A DNA stretch of 63,974 bases, the filler included, from Porpidia crustulata (lineage: Eukaryota): NCBI GenBank assembly GCA_964255105.1. It is 3 parts of 3 records of this genome, joined end to end, with 100 filler letters (N's around TTAATTAATTAA, not from the genome) between each part and the next. Parts side by side here need not be neighbours in the genome. Positions count along the whole stretch, not along the records: positions 1 to 22,611 come from CAXUWE010000085.1; positions 22,712 to 45,221 come from CAXUWE010000086.1; 1 more part is not named here. One strand, 5' to 3'. Each line of letters begins with the position of its first letter. The stretch's first letter is position 1. A program made the translations under genes and the position numbers. Below, piece after piece: positions 11,922-25,377 of the stretch. The notes beneath the pieces are model-generated. The model ran no database searches. It was not told the origin of the DNA and saw nothing but the letters and a program-made list of their open reading frames with translations.

Positions 11922-13334
11922 GGAGGTGGTGCGGGAATGTGTGGTGGGCTGGGAATGGGATGGCATTGGGTTAAAGGGCAGAGCTTCGCAGGTGGTCGCT
12001 TCATGATTTGATGGGATTGGATGCGCGTTCGTGATTACTGTTACACGATGTGGCTTGAGTGCTTGTTACTGTATCTACGACCTGTGCTTTCACCACAATG
12101 CAATTGACTTTGTTCTACGTTGTGTTTGGGCCACGATCAACAGGTTGGGCATAGTGGAGGCAGTGCATCACGTATTAGGCGACATCGATATGAAAGAAGT
12201 TGGATGTACTGGTATGAGGATACTGTAAACCGGCAGAGACAGAAGACAAAAGATAGGAGAGTTCGGGCGAGATCCGATTATACATTACAATACAAAATTG
12301 GAAGGCTTCTTAAAGTACCGAGGTTTAAAAGGTACATACGTCTTGGATGTTTGATGAGTGTGACTTCCTGAAGGCAAGCAAACGATACAGCAAACTCTCA
12401 GAATCGACAAGTCAATGGTTGAAATGTGTAGACGTGTCTCGCATTCATGGTGTGCTGCTATTGGAGCCTGAGCGGGCAAGACTTAATTGAGTACACGACC
12501 CATTGTAACGCGTGTGAATGATAAGGAATAAGTTTCATCGACGAAGTATGAGACACGGGCTTTGAGAATCATCGAAGGATGGCTCGCCACGGATGCGCAC
12601 GAAAAGGGCATATCACGCTTCGTTGAGCCTATCGGTCATTTGGCCATTGGCGGTCAGCTCTACCGTGACAGAACCACAGATCAATAGAGACGACCGGCGG
12701 CAAATCCTTGTGCACAAGGTTGCAATCGGCAAGGAACGCAACCACCAAGGCCAAAGTGTCACAGGATTGTCATTGTTGTCCACTTATGGCGTCAAAGACC
12801 ACATCAGGCTCGGGCCGTGGTGTAGGGAAAATGAGCTTGCTGATTGGAAGCCACAATATAACGATTGTCCGTCCCATGTTGATAGCCTCGTTTTTGGCCG
12901 TTTCGGATGTGTACTTTGCATCCCCCCGGTAAGTGGATTTCACCATAAATATCCATACGTCGCGAGTACCTTATGAGTGTACGATGTAGGTATACTAACT
13001 GCATGATACACGGCTGTTGATTGGATGGTACACCAGATCTGTCCTTCGGTGGGTTGCCTGCAATGCAGTCAGATCAATCCGGTTTGGACCTCGATGTAAC
13101 ATGCACTTACAAACCCCCACGCAATATCAACCCAATCTGCCGTTAGCCATACGTTTCGTCGTTCTCTGTCCCTCGCTACCAAGGACATGGTCAGTGGTTC
13201 TGAAGCCTGCTGCTTATCTTCAGCCTTTTCGATCGACAGCGTCCCACAACTGGGAAATCCTATGAATCCGATTTTCTCATTTTGCACAGCCCGCCGGATC
13301 ACCCTGCGGTCGGCCTACTTGATAATCGATGCAG

Positions 13335-13376
13335 CCGTCGCACACTTCCTTGACCGTCGCACACTTCCTTAACCGT
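13335..13376. repeat. 19-bp tandem repeat (about 2.2 copies) upstream of the K+ transporter
   Basis: ccgtcgcacacttccttga ccgtcgcacacttccttaa ccgt. Confidence 0.85.
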
Positions 13377-13960
13377 ACGCAATCGCCTAGGGTTGTCCGA
13401 GGTGCTGAGAGATGTGATTGTGTGCAGTGACGGAGGGAACGGCATGTGAAAGTGGACACGCTGCATGCGGAGGATTACGTGAGATCTGAGGGATTTTTTG
13501 GTGGGGGTTGTCCCTAGGGGCAGTTTGTGCCTTGTGCACGTTGCTTCTCTCCATCACCCCATTCGAAACATCCAATTCGCGCACAACAGCACCCTAATCT
13601 TGGGACCTCTACGCTCGTACGATGGACATACAATTTACAGGCATTGTGGGCACGCATCTCTATCAATCGCTAGAAAAGCGTCTGATGTGTATGATAAGGT
13701 AAATTGATGTGATATTAGTAGGTGGTGACGAAGTTCCTGAATTGGGATGGTAGTTGCACGGTATTGGTGAAGAAATAAATGGTGTTGCTATGAACAATGA
13801 ATCACGATGTATCTATACTTACCTCTGCCGCCCTCTCGGCCTTGCCCTGACTACTTCGTATAACAACACACTACCTCCCACGTCTTGCAGCAGTTGTACC
13901 CGCCCGATGTTTTCTTCCCAATAACATCAAGCATTTTCCAGTCCTATCTGAACTCTGATC

Positions 13961-16812
13961 ATGTCTGAACCTGGGCATATTCAAGTTGTAGATGATGGCA
14001 TCCGCTCTGTGTCTAAAGAGGGGAATAGGGTGTATGCTGTGCGTCAGCGATCGCTAGGTTCAGACGATGTGGCAGACAGAGGAATCGAGGAGCTTGACGA
14101 TAGAGATATCAGGAAGAAACAGGTCCGACTGACTTTGTCTCCACGAACGAGCCTCTATACTGACAGAGTTCGAGGTCTTCGGCGGTAGCGCTCTGTTCTG
14201 GTAACGATGCTCACCAGCCTTGGTTACCGAGTTCTCTGAAGTGATGTTTCTGTCTAGGCTAGCTTATCAATCCATTGGCGTCATTTACGGCGACATTGGA
14301 ACGAGTCCGCTATATGTCTACTCGAGCACTTTCTCGTCCAATCCAAGTTATGATGATCTGGTCGGCGCCCTATCCCTGATCATCTGGACCCTCACGTTGA
14401 TGGTTAGCGTCAAATACATTCTCATCGTCCTGAGAGCAGACGACGAAGGGGAAGGAGGGACATTTGCAATCTACTCTCTGCTTTCCAGATATGTATGGAG
14501 TGTCTGCGCTTCGACTCTGGCTGAATTTTGCTAAGACCGTCCGTTTGCAGGCCCACATTGTGAGGCGAGATCCGAGGGAGGAGCAAACAATCAAGATGGA
14601 ACGGGTCAAGACTCAGGACTTGAAAAGGGGGAATCAAGCCACACGCTCATTCATCGAACGCAGCTCCATCCTGAAAACACTCCTGAAAGTTGTCGGAGTG
14701 CTTGGTGTATCTCTCGTCATGTCTGGTATCATTCCAGAATCTCCGTCGGACAGCCTGGATATTGGGGCTGATTGATCTGCTAGATGGCATTCTTACTCCT
14801 GCTCAATCTGTACTAGGTGCCATCCAAGGGTTGGATATTCGACTCGGACCATCTTGTCCGTACACTGACTGACTTTTTGACCTAGTCTCAATATAGTCGA
14901 CCCGACCATCACCAGTCCCACGATTGTTGGAGTCACTTGTGCTATATTCGTGGTACTTTTCGTCCTGCAACCACTAGGGACTTCCAAGATCGGCACTATG
15001 TTTGCTCCAATTGTTATCATTTGGCTGACGTTCAACCTTTCATTTGGCATCTACGTACGCTTAGCCACCCAAGCGGACCTTTCATTAGCTAATGGGGGCA
15101 CAGAATCTGGTTCATCATGACCACTCCGTTTTGAAAGCATTTTCGCCATACTTCGCCGGAGCGTATCTTGTCCGCAACAAAACGGATGGGTGGAGGTCCC
15201 TTGGCGGTATTTTGCTTGCATTCACAGGAGTAGAAGCTCTTTTTGCCGATCTTGGCGCCTTTACCATGAGGTATGCGGCTCCGCTGCTGATTTCGGCACC
15301 ATAATCTGACCAAGCCTCAGAGCCATCCAGCTTTCTTGGCTGTGCTTTGCATATCCCTGTCTCTTACTAGCCGTAGGTTACCTAAAATCCTGTAGCCATT
15401 GACGGGAGCAAATATTGAGAACTAATTGATTTGCGCAGTACATCGGTCAAGCTGCCTTCATAAGCGACGATCCCAGCGCGTACTCCAACCCGTTCTTTAA
15501 TTGCGTTCCGCCGGGAATGTTCTATCCAAGTCTGGTTCTCGCTATTCTTGCTTCCATAGTGGCCAGCCAGACTATGATCACAGCGACCTTTCAACTGCTG
15601 GCTCAAATTATTAAGCTATCCTATTTCCCACAGATCCGGTTGGTTCACACATCCAAGAAATTCCATGGCCAGATCTACATACCATGGGTAAATTGGCTGC
15701 TCATGATTGGCACCATTATTGTCACTGTTGCGTACCGAAATACGACCAAGCTTGGTGAAGCCTATGGTGTTTGTGTTATTCTTGTCACTTTTATAACGAC
15801 CTCGATGGTTTCGCTTGTTGCTGTCATTATCTGGCGCTTGCCAATCGTTGTTGTAGTCTTCGGATTCCTCATCTTCGGAGCCTTCGACGGCGTTTACCTT
15901 TCGTCTGCACTCACAAAAGTGCCTGATGGCGCCTGGCTCACATTGACTTTGGCCGTGATCCTTTCTTGCATCTTCGTATTGTGGCGCTTCGGGAAAGAAA
16001 ATCAATGGATTGCCGAAGCAGCAGATCATCTCCCTCCCTCGAACCTCCTGGTATCTTCCGAGGACCTCTCTCTTGCCAACGGAAACGAGAAAGGGGTCTC
16101 TGATCATACACTACGGCTCACGCATGCTTTTGGGGGTGCCATTGTCTCGCCAATTCAGGGTATGGGTATTTTCTTCGATAAATCGGGAAGTCCAAACACA
16201 ACTCCTACCGTCTTCATCCATTTTGTCCAGAAATTCCAGGCTGCCCCTGCTGTGGTCATATTTTTCCACATACGCACATTATCCTTACCCACTGTCGACC
16301 ACGGAGATCGATTTACCGTCACCCGTAGCATCCCTAGGGCTCGTGGATCGACATCATCAATGCAAAACTTTTTCCGCGTCACCCTTCGTCATGGCTATAA
16401 CGACGAAGTCGTCACTCGCGATCTTGGAATGGTCATCTACGAACAAGTTCGGGACTTTGTCATTCGTGAATCTCGCACTCCCGAACCGTTGCGGCCTGTC
16501 ATCGTTTCCTCTGGCTCTTCGACAGAGGAGTCAGAATCCTCGATGCCATCCTCAGCGGCCGATTTGCAGCAGCAGCAAGACCTTGTCCGTCATCGCCTTG
16601 ATCTCCTCGAGAGTGCCTACAACGATCAGGTTGTATATATTGTTGGTAAAGAGCAAATGCGAGTTCGTCGTGATCGCCATGTGCAGGGTTGGATACGAAG
16701 GTTCCTGCTCGGGTTTTTCTTGTGGATGAGAGGTAATACAGACAGCAAGGTTGCAAACATGAATATTGACGTGGACAAATTGGTTGAGGTTGGGTTTGTC
16801 AAGGTCGTATGA
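13961..16812 (+). CDS. HAK1: KUP/HAK/KT high-affinity potassium transporter, multi-exon
   Basis: Signatures [93 protein letters not shown], and C-terminal [10 protein letters not shown]. Several short introns lie between 14123 and about 15440. Confidence 0.95.
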
Positions 16813-17577
16813 CACGGATTCTTATCAAGGTCTGTCGAGGGCTGCGCGTTTATTACTTTTCCTTTCGCACTCACGAATGAGTGCCTATGATGGATCAACG
16901 ACAGTGTTGGATTGAAAAGGGTCGTACTGCAACGCGAGATGCATACTTCCGATCTAGATAATATGTTCGAGTTTTCTTGAAATCCAACCTTGCTTGTCTC
17001 ATGTGTGACTCTTTCTGTCCAGACATGCGTGAAGGTTGATCCCAGAACAGCCTTCTACCGGAAGGACAACACTGATCTTTCTTTTGTCGCTGCTCTGACC
17101 CATTTGAGCTCGACACACTTCGACTGTCCGATTGCCGATGAGGCGTAGTAAGTGAGGTGGCGCAGCAATCAATCAGCAATTTTTTGCGCCCCATTCAGCC
17201 GCGGCGGACAGGGCGCTTCAGGCGTCCGAGTTTTGCAAGGGTACAAACCTAGCTATTGAGGAATAAATTCATATTCAATCCCGCATTCTTGAAACAAGTC
17301 GTTCCAACACCGTGGCACATGGATTAACGGTATCCGGATTCTAGGATTGCGGAACGTGTAGATGGCATTGCACTTCGGGTGGACAGTCGTTGGTGAATAA
17401 GTAAGAGCTGTTTCGGTGGTCTTAAAACGCCGGAAAAAGGTCAGATTTGGGTAAAAGCCGAAAGTTGAGATGTGCGAACTAGAGCTTCTGGTGTTGTTTT
17501 TTGTAACAAGTTCGATCGCTCCTTTCTTCTTCTTCTTGCTTCTTTGCTTCATTACCCACGCCCTCGTCGCCATCAAG

Positions 17578-20500
17578 ATGGCTTTGCAGCCACTCACCGA
17601 AACAGAGGCTAATCCAATAAGTCCCTTAAGCAGACTTGTCGAGGAGCTTGGGCAGATTCGACAGTCCTTGAACAGAGATCCGTCACCGTCATCGCCTAAG
17701 ATCCGTAAGCAGCCCTCATCCGAATGGGTGAATTTTAGGGATTTTAATTGTAGCTAATCTCACCTACGGCTCGCGCGTAGCGTCAAGACTCAACCGTACT
17801 CGTCGTCCTAGGCTTCCTATTCCAAAGACACCTCCGGTACTCCCTTTCAAACCTTTGTGGTCGAAAAGCCCAACTTCGCCTCTGCTTGAACGTTCGCCAT
17901 TGAGTAGTCTCCTTTCACCTTCGTTATACTCGTCATTATTGAAGAGTCCTCTTGCTCTCCAGTGGCAGCGATACGACCCTTTGCGACGAGGCTATCCACC
18001 TGTCTCACCAAAAACCCGCAGATCCATTCCTTTCCTGTTCCCGCCAGTTGTGCCGATACCTCGTATTCCGACCAGATTGCCGCCGCCCCCACCAGCTTCA
18101 GCTTCCCCTGACCGCTCACCTGTAGAAACGCGCGTGACTTCATCCACGCCTGGCACTCTGCGTCCAGCTTCGCCTTTCCCCTCGGCAATTCGTCAGTCTA
18201 AGATAAGAATGGCTTCATCTCGTGAATCTCAATTTCTTGGCCCGACTTTGGCGGTAGGCAACGAGCTCTCCCGCCATAAAGTGGCCGCCATCAAGATTGC
18301 CAAAGACCAGGAGAAAGCAATCCACGAAAAGCTACGACGAAACGGTGACGAAATTCCAAAATATGAATTCCTCGAGTTGATTGGAAAAGGCTCATATGGT
18401 AGAGTCTTCAAAGCGTAAGTCCCAGCTCTTGAAATCCTCTCCATAATGCATCTTCTGCTAGTGCTATATATCTTTAGCATTCTGTATCGTTTATACCGTG
18501 TCTTGTCATCGCTATTCATTGCTAGATCGAAATCATGTCTCTTGAACACTATATGGGTCTCCTGCTTTTCAGTCTCACAGATAGCTCGACAACGTGTCAA
18601 TACTTGCCTGCGTACCCTTCTTAGATATAAAGCCTCGCCTTCCAGATGTCCTAATAGATACATGGACTACTATCTACCGATTAAGACTGCAGACTAGGCA
18701 GTTGATCTTCCGTGGAAGATGCGAAGTAGCCATTACTTCAAGGATGCCAGATGGTAGATCAATGCCTACCACTTCATTTAGACGCTAGATTGACGTTCAC
18801 TCTTCAACCGGCTAAATGGTAGATAATCAGCCACCTAGGCTTAGGATCGTGAACGCTTCCTTACGTCAGCTTGGCTGAACTCAGACTGATGATTGGTCCT
18901 TGACCTGTCTCTTGACTTTGTCTGGATTGCTGCAGTATACCGTATTTCCTGCCTTTCCGCGTATTATCTCATTCTACTTATTTTCCACTTCCTTCACTGA
19001 CTATGTTTGCTGACAAAACCCCGACAGAATCGATCAATTGTCCAGATCCATCGTTGCACTAAAGGTGATGGACGTCGATGACCACGATTACAAAGTGCAC
19101 CCAGAGGAGAAGGACGAGAGCATCGAGACAACTCTTCGTGAGATCAAAGTACTGCAGCAATTAAGAGATAGCAAGGCACGGAATGTCAATGCCATAATAG
19201 ATGCGTTCCAAATGCACTCCCAGCTGTGGATTGTGACTGAGTATTGCCCTGGGGGTAGCTTGCATACTTTGGTAAGTCTAATCTTAGTAATATGTACTTT
19301 ACCCCCGGCTTCCTTGTATCGCCGAACCATACTCTTTCCTCTTCACTTCCATCGTCTGTGTTCTCTATGGCTATGGCACTAGTATCTTCTAATTTCCTCG
19401 AGATTGATATTTTGATTTTCCCCCTTTCCTTTGACTCTGTAACGTGGATGTTTCCTTAACGTATGCGAAATCGTCTCATACTGTTAGCTAAGCATGAGCC
19501 GAATGTATCTCTGAGCTGAACAAGACTTCACATAGATCCAAGAATTCTCTTCTTAGAAGGAACATGTGTATGTGTATATGTGTATCTCACTCTGACTATT
19601 TGCTCATCCTTACTAAATACAGTGGCTTTTTACATAGCTGTAGCAGCTAGCGTCAAATTCATTTTCAAAACAATATATGCTAATAGCACCTAGATGCGTG
19701 GAACAGGCAATAAGCTGCCCGAAAAATACATAATCCCAATCGCACGTGAGTTAGCAGAAGCCTTGAAAGCCATACATGAAGCCGGGATTATACACAGAGA
19801 CATCAAATGTAAGCCAATAGACAGCTATATAGCTCTCTTTACCCCCATCACGGGTCCCTGCATCTGATAATAGAGCACGTTAGCTAACGAAACATTCATA
19901 TCAGCCGCAAACGTCATGATTCATGAAACCGGCAAGCTTCAAGTGATCGACTTTGGCGTAGCAGGCCTTGTGGAATCGAAGCTGGACAAAAGATCAACTG
20001 TGATTGGCACACCCCATTGGATGGCCCCGGAGTTACTCAAAGCAGCAGGACGTGACGGGGCAAGCTACAGTACAGAGGTGAGTTCTACGACGTTCTTACC
20101 AGAACGTCGATTCCCGTACCTCGATCACTATATTGACACATGTAGGTCGATGCATGGGCATATGGCATGACAATTTATGAGATTACAACAGGATATCCAG
20201 CACTTCATAGGGTAGAGGCGGGTCGTAGATTGGGCGTCCAACTTGGGCGGCAACCGCCCCGACTTGAGGATAATCACGAGTGGTCGACAGGACTACGTGA
20301 GCTCGTAGCATTCATCCTGGAGCCAAAACCAGAATACCGACCCTCAATGGCAGCTATCTTAGAGCACCCCTATATAAAATATTCAGAAGTCGCGCACCCA
20401 ACGGAGACATTGGCAGAGTTGGTAAAGGTCTTCTATCAGTGGGAGAATTCTGGCGGGCAGCGGATGTCCTTGTTCTTCAATGGGGGTGCTGAGGCTGCAC

Positions 20501-22323
20501 AATTTCCGGACACGCTCGAGAGCGAAGATGGTCGCTGGAATTTCAGTACAACAGCGAATTTTGAGCAGCAATTCACACACTCCAATCACGAACAAATCAC
20601 ATCAACTGAGCTTGTTTCCAGCCCGCAAGATCATGACATCGAAAAGAAAGATTTTGCAAGTACTACAGATGAAATATCTAGTACCTATTTGCATCAATCA
20701 AACGCATTTGTCTCTACACCACTTCCAGCTTTTCAATTCGACTTGTCGGATCAAACGCCTAATCCTGACCTACTTAGCAGCAGCGCCAATACCAATATCG
20801 AAGCCAGGGCTCACGAACTTACCGAAGCCATGAGTGCTGAGGATAAAGCTGTTGCCGAAGCGCGCATCAAGCGAGGAGAGAGAGCTCTACAGGGATTGTT
20901 TGACGATCGGCAGAAGCCTTATCAGTACGGACCAAAGGCCAACGTTAAAGATTCTAAATCTACTCCTTCGACCAATCGCCCTCGATCCGACCTTCCTCTC
21001 CGTGATGACAGTAGCGAATCATCAATTCATCATAAGGAGCTGATTATCACTCATAAGTCTGACGGCACTATGGAACTCCCTAACATTGATCTCACCAACA
21101 ACACAATCAAGCCAGGAGGTATCATGAAATTTCTCGGATCGGCCGATGAAGAAGGCGACAACGATGGTGGCGAGAGCTATGGAAAAGCACCAGGTGTAGA
21201 CAAGCGGGTAACCATGGACTGGAAATTCCCCACTCAACCTGAGGTCACGGTCACCGCAGCTGAAGGTGAAGCTGAGAGCAGCAGAGACGCAAAGCGGGAT
21301 ACCACAGCGTGGACGTTTCCAGCTGAAGCAATGGCTCCAAGAACAGACAGGCGCGATGCAACCACCTGGACATTTCCTTCTGAAGCATTGGCGCCACCAA
21401 TAAACGAATCTGATACAAATCCCAGCGTTTCACCTCGTGCAGACGTTCTTTCTCGTCCAGCTTTACGCCACATGGCCACCGCTCCAGCAGCACCTGAACT
21501 TCGAGGATCCGTCGGTGGGATGCTTGATCTCGACGCAATCTATGATAGCGAGCCATTCGACGACAACCTCTATGGCAGTGACGCTTTCCGTTCCGTTGCT
21601 ACGTCCGATGATGACGAGCTCTCATTCGAAGTCTCCAATTTGGCGACTCCAGTTCCGTCATCAACCGACGACAATATGTTTCCCGACTCTCCGGGGCCTA
21701 ACGATAGGCCCCAATACCCGCATCGGTACCCGGACGACTCGGACGACGAGTACTATGAGCCGTTCAAAGGGTCGCGCTCCGACGATCAGAAAATCTCCGA
21801 TAAGATAAACGAATATCTCGACGAGAACGGCATCACTGACGTCATGGAACGCGCTGCCCTACGGGGCAACCTCTTGCGCTCACGAAAGGAACTCCCCGCG
21901 CACCTCAAGGCCGACCAGGAGCGCGAAGGCCTCGGCCAATTTGCGGGCCGGGACTGGACCCCAGCATTGGGCCAATACCCGGCCCGTCTCCTGGGCCAAG
22001 ACACGTGGCGCCAGTACGATCACGCCGCCAACCCCGCTGCCGCCACCGTCCCGTACCCAATGGGAGAGCCGGCTCGCCCTGGCGACGACAATTTCCTGGG
22101 CTCTGGCCCTCTGCGCACCAATCTAGGCGGCGGCAACGCTCCTGGTGGTACCGGCGGAGAGGGCGCAGAGGATGAGGTGGGTGACGTGGCTCCGCCCAGC
22201 GCGGCGGCCATGCGCCAAGATGCGCCTACCTACGTTGTTGAGGCGGAACTTCGGAGGCTCCTCGGAGCTTTTGACGGAACTCTCGAGGCGTTGGGTGGGT
22301 TTTTCGAGGCGCATCGTGCCTAA
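17578..22323 (+). CDS. STE20/GCK-family Ser/Thr kinase, Nak1/Kic1-like, 6 exons
   Basis: Motifs LIGKGSYGRVFKA, VALKV, IHRDIKSANV, IDFGVAG, RSTVIGTPHWMAPE. Introns at 17705-17780, 18415-19027, 19272-19693, 19809-19904 and 20078-20145 all keep the frame. An alternative internal start exists at ATG 18209. Confidence 0.9.
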
Positions 22324-22611
22324 GCGGCTGGGTTGGGTTGGGGAGCTTGGAGGGAGTGGGGATATAAAATGGTGGGAATTGGGGAGGGAGTGTGGAGCAC
22401 TAGGCGTTTGGTGAGGATAAGGCGGAGGTCTCCAACCAGGGGCGTTCGAGCCAGACGATTACGCGCTGTAGTCTTGTAGTATAATCAAGCGAGCGCTATT
22501 TTCTTGTTTTCAAACGGGCATTTGAGCTACGACGTAACGGACTGAAATACTGGTAGATAGATGTATCAACGACATCTATTGAATAAGGTTTGGGGGGGGG
22601 AAGATAGGGGC

Positions 22612-22711
22612 NNNNNNNNNNNNNNNNNNNNNNNNNNNNNNNNNNNNNNNNNNNNTTAATTAATTAANNNNNNNNNNNNNNNNNNNNNNNNNNNNNNNNN
22701 NNNNNNNNNNN
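22612..22711. other. Artificial contig/scaffold linker
   Basis: 44 N + TTAATTAATTAA (stops in all six frames) + 44 N = 100 bp; identical to the linker at 45222. Confidence 0.97.
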
Positions 22712-25377
22712 TTTGAGATCCTGTGGTCCTCTAGGGATTGACCGGCGTATATTTGGAAGCTTTAGCATGGGATTAGGAGATATCTGAACAGTGGGATAGG
22801 GAATTCTTACAGTGCATGTTCGATTTCCAACGTCTCTTGTCGGAAACTGGCCCTTATTCTCGGCACATTGCTTTTGTCGACGTTGTTGCCTTCTGCCCCG
22901 GGGAGGTGGTAGTTGCTGCCTAACCACCTCTGCTTCAATTGATGTTCGAAGCCGCTCTGGATTACCGAGTTTTGAGCTAGCTCGCACATATCCACAGCAC
23001 TGAGTTTATAAATCTGCGCTGCCACTGAGTATTCTTCGATTAGAGGTTCTTTTGTGAAGGCGAATTGTAGAGGATCATCAGTAGAGAGGGATACGTTCAG
23101 CCCTCGTCGGAAGTATTGTAGGAACGGGTTTCGCTCATACGCTAGGAATAGGGCGTTGTTGCTGAGAGGAGACATGGCGATGCCAATTTGTTCGAGGTAG
23201 AAAATATATTGAAGTGTGGGGACCTTGCGCAGCAGGAGCCCGTGGCTTATACTATGACAGCATAGTACAGCAGCCGCCAGATGATCATGATCACCAGCTT
23301 CCCCACAATGCGGCCGGAGAAGAAAGGTGGTGAAACCTCGCTGCTTCCGCCAAGCATTTAGAGAAATGAGGTTGGCGAATAGATGATATATCCAGTAGGT
23401 GTACGGCGGATTTTGCTTTGTGTTCCATTCTTTCGCAGATGGGAACTTCCTATATAGACGCCTTTCAACCTTGCTCTCGTCGTCGACACTGTCGAATCCA
23501 ATTACACGCTGTAGGAAGACATGGAGTTTTGAATGGCTTTGGGGGTCCTTGGTGACCTCATATAAGGGCTGAAAGATGTTGATGATAACTTGCTCAAAGT
23601 TACTCATGCGCCCATCAGCTTTGTAAACGTTGTACAATCTTGGGATCTGGATGAGCCATCGAATGTTGTGGGAGATGAGTTTGTTGTCAACGACCCATGC
23701 CGCGAGCTTATCCCACTCGTCGATTGCCCGACCGTAGATCGAGATACGCCATTCCACCATCTGGTATTTACTTGACTCGAGGTCGGCAATAACCTCTTTG
23801 GTAATTTCGGCCAGATAACGCCCTTGGATGTAATTGTCGGTTTTGAGAAAGATTTCACGAAGCCTCGATTCTCCTATAGGATTGTACTTGAGATTGAATT
23901 TGTCAAATCGATGGAACGAATCGGTATGCGCGTGCATATCCAGGGTATCGATGCTCAAATCGTACGCAGTCAAGTTAATACTCTCGAATACTTCCCTTAG
24001 TGTTAAATGCTTCCCGTCCCGAAACATCACAGTATCCTCTGGAGACTTCTTCATCTTACTCTTTATGAACCTCAGCAAATGTTTCTGATTCATGCAAGCC
24101 GAATGATGTACATGCGTGTCTACCTTTCTCACATTGTAGAAGTCCCTATGAGGTGCCTTCTTCGAGTCTGCTGTTTCCTGGTACCCGTTCTCTAGAGTGT
24201 GTAAGGTAAAACGTCCTTCCAAAATTTCAAGTTCACGAAACGCAAAACTCTTGGTAGGACCATCAGACGCTACATCCTGGACTTCATCTAAGTCCATGTA
24301 GAAGTCACGTAGAGTCGGTACATGCATCATAGGTATGTCCGAATTTTCAGATTCGTAAACTCGATATATACCGTTTTGGTCAAGTTCAAACGTTGTATCT
24401 CTTTCTTTTTCCGGTAACGGCAAGATATCGGACATTTCAAAATCCTCGCCGATATCCTGGCCCATTTTTCTCCTCTTAGTTACAGGCGACTGTACCACAT
24501 GCTGCGGAAGGTCTTCTACAGCAAAAGTTGATGTCGCAAGAGGACTACGCAATTGATCAGGCTCAGATGATACAATCTTGCTGTTACTCAAGCTACCTGC
24601 AGCGGAATCTGCGCCTATGGGTCGGTTCTTGACATCATCCCATACAGGCTTTGGTGGTGGTGGATATATGGGCCAGTTAGGACTGTCCTTAGGGTTATCG
24701 TTCGGTCCTTGCAGGGAAAGCCTTATGTATTTTCGCCGAATATCCAGTACCCTTTTGATATTGACGAAGATAGCGTTGAGCTCTGGCGTAATGTCCAGGC
24801 CGTCTCTAGCCTTTCCAGCCGCTTGGGTGCCCAGATCAAAGGCACTGGCGCTGTGCATGCTTTCCCCTCCGTCAGCAGCAGCGAAGGAGTCCTCTTGCCT
24901 CCCGCCATCAAGGTGCACCTCATGAGTACCAAAGCCGTTGACATCTGGAGGTTGAGATTCACTATGTGAGTATGGATCTAAATTTGGCAGTGCAGTGTAG
25001 CCGAGACCACTTCCACGGGAAGCTTTGCTGGTACTCCGATTAAGTCCGGCCACATCGGCATCAAAGTTGGACGAGAAAGTTCTTGTCCGAGCGGGAGGAT
25101 TTTGAGGCTCCATATCCTGTTGTAAGGTTTCTCGCCTATGCCTTTGATAGATAAGCTTTGCTTCGATATGGCTCAATGACTTTTCTGAAGCGCGGTTGTA
25201 GTAAGCTGTTTTTGCTTGCTGTTCCTCTGCCGATAGCCCTTGTAGAGATTCATCTGAGGGCGTGCTTGCGCCAGATATACGCTGTATGTTTTGCGTGTCT
25301 GCTTGCACATGTGTACCCTCTGTGATTGCTATGCCAGTCCTGCTGGCATATTCCTTCTCTGAGTCTAGAGACAGCAT
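22712..25377 (-). CDS. AMD1: AMP deaminase, 3' end lost in the gap
   Basis: Motifs HRDFYNVRKVDTHVHHSACMNQKHLLRFIK, FHRFDKFNLKYNP, RPHCGEAG, SLSTDDPLQF. A GTAAG intron starts at about 22810 and the last exon (FQIYAGQSLEDHRIS...) stays open up to the Ns. Confidence 0.96.

Noticed and set aside
11624..12004. Pro-rich antisense ORFs over the Gly-rich gene, and similar shadow ORFs over other genes
   Set aside because: Reverse-frame shadows of biased codon usage.
13815..13824. ATACTTACCT matching the 5' end of U1 snRNA
   Set aside because: No U1-70K loop, U1A loop (ATTGCAC) or Sm site follows. It is equally a chance match or a minus-strand donor.
18887..19013. Possible box C/D snoRNA in the long kinase intron (TGATGA...CTGA)
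   Set aside because: Box C lacks the leading purine, no terminal stem or recognisable rRNA guide is present, and the CTGA coincides with branch-site sequence.
22656..22667. Palindromic TTAATTAATTAA (also at 45266-45277) as a biological site, e.g. a piggyBac-type TTAA target
   Set aside because: It is centred in identical 44-N flanks, so it is a synthetic six-frame-stop linker.
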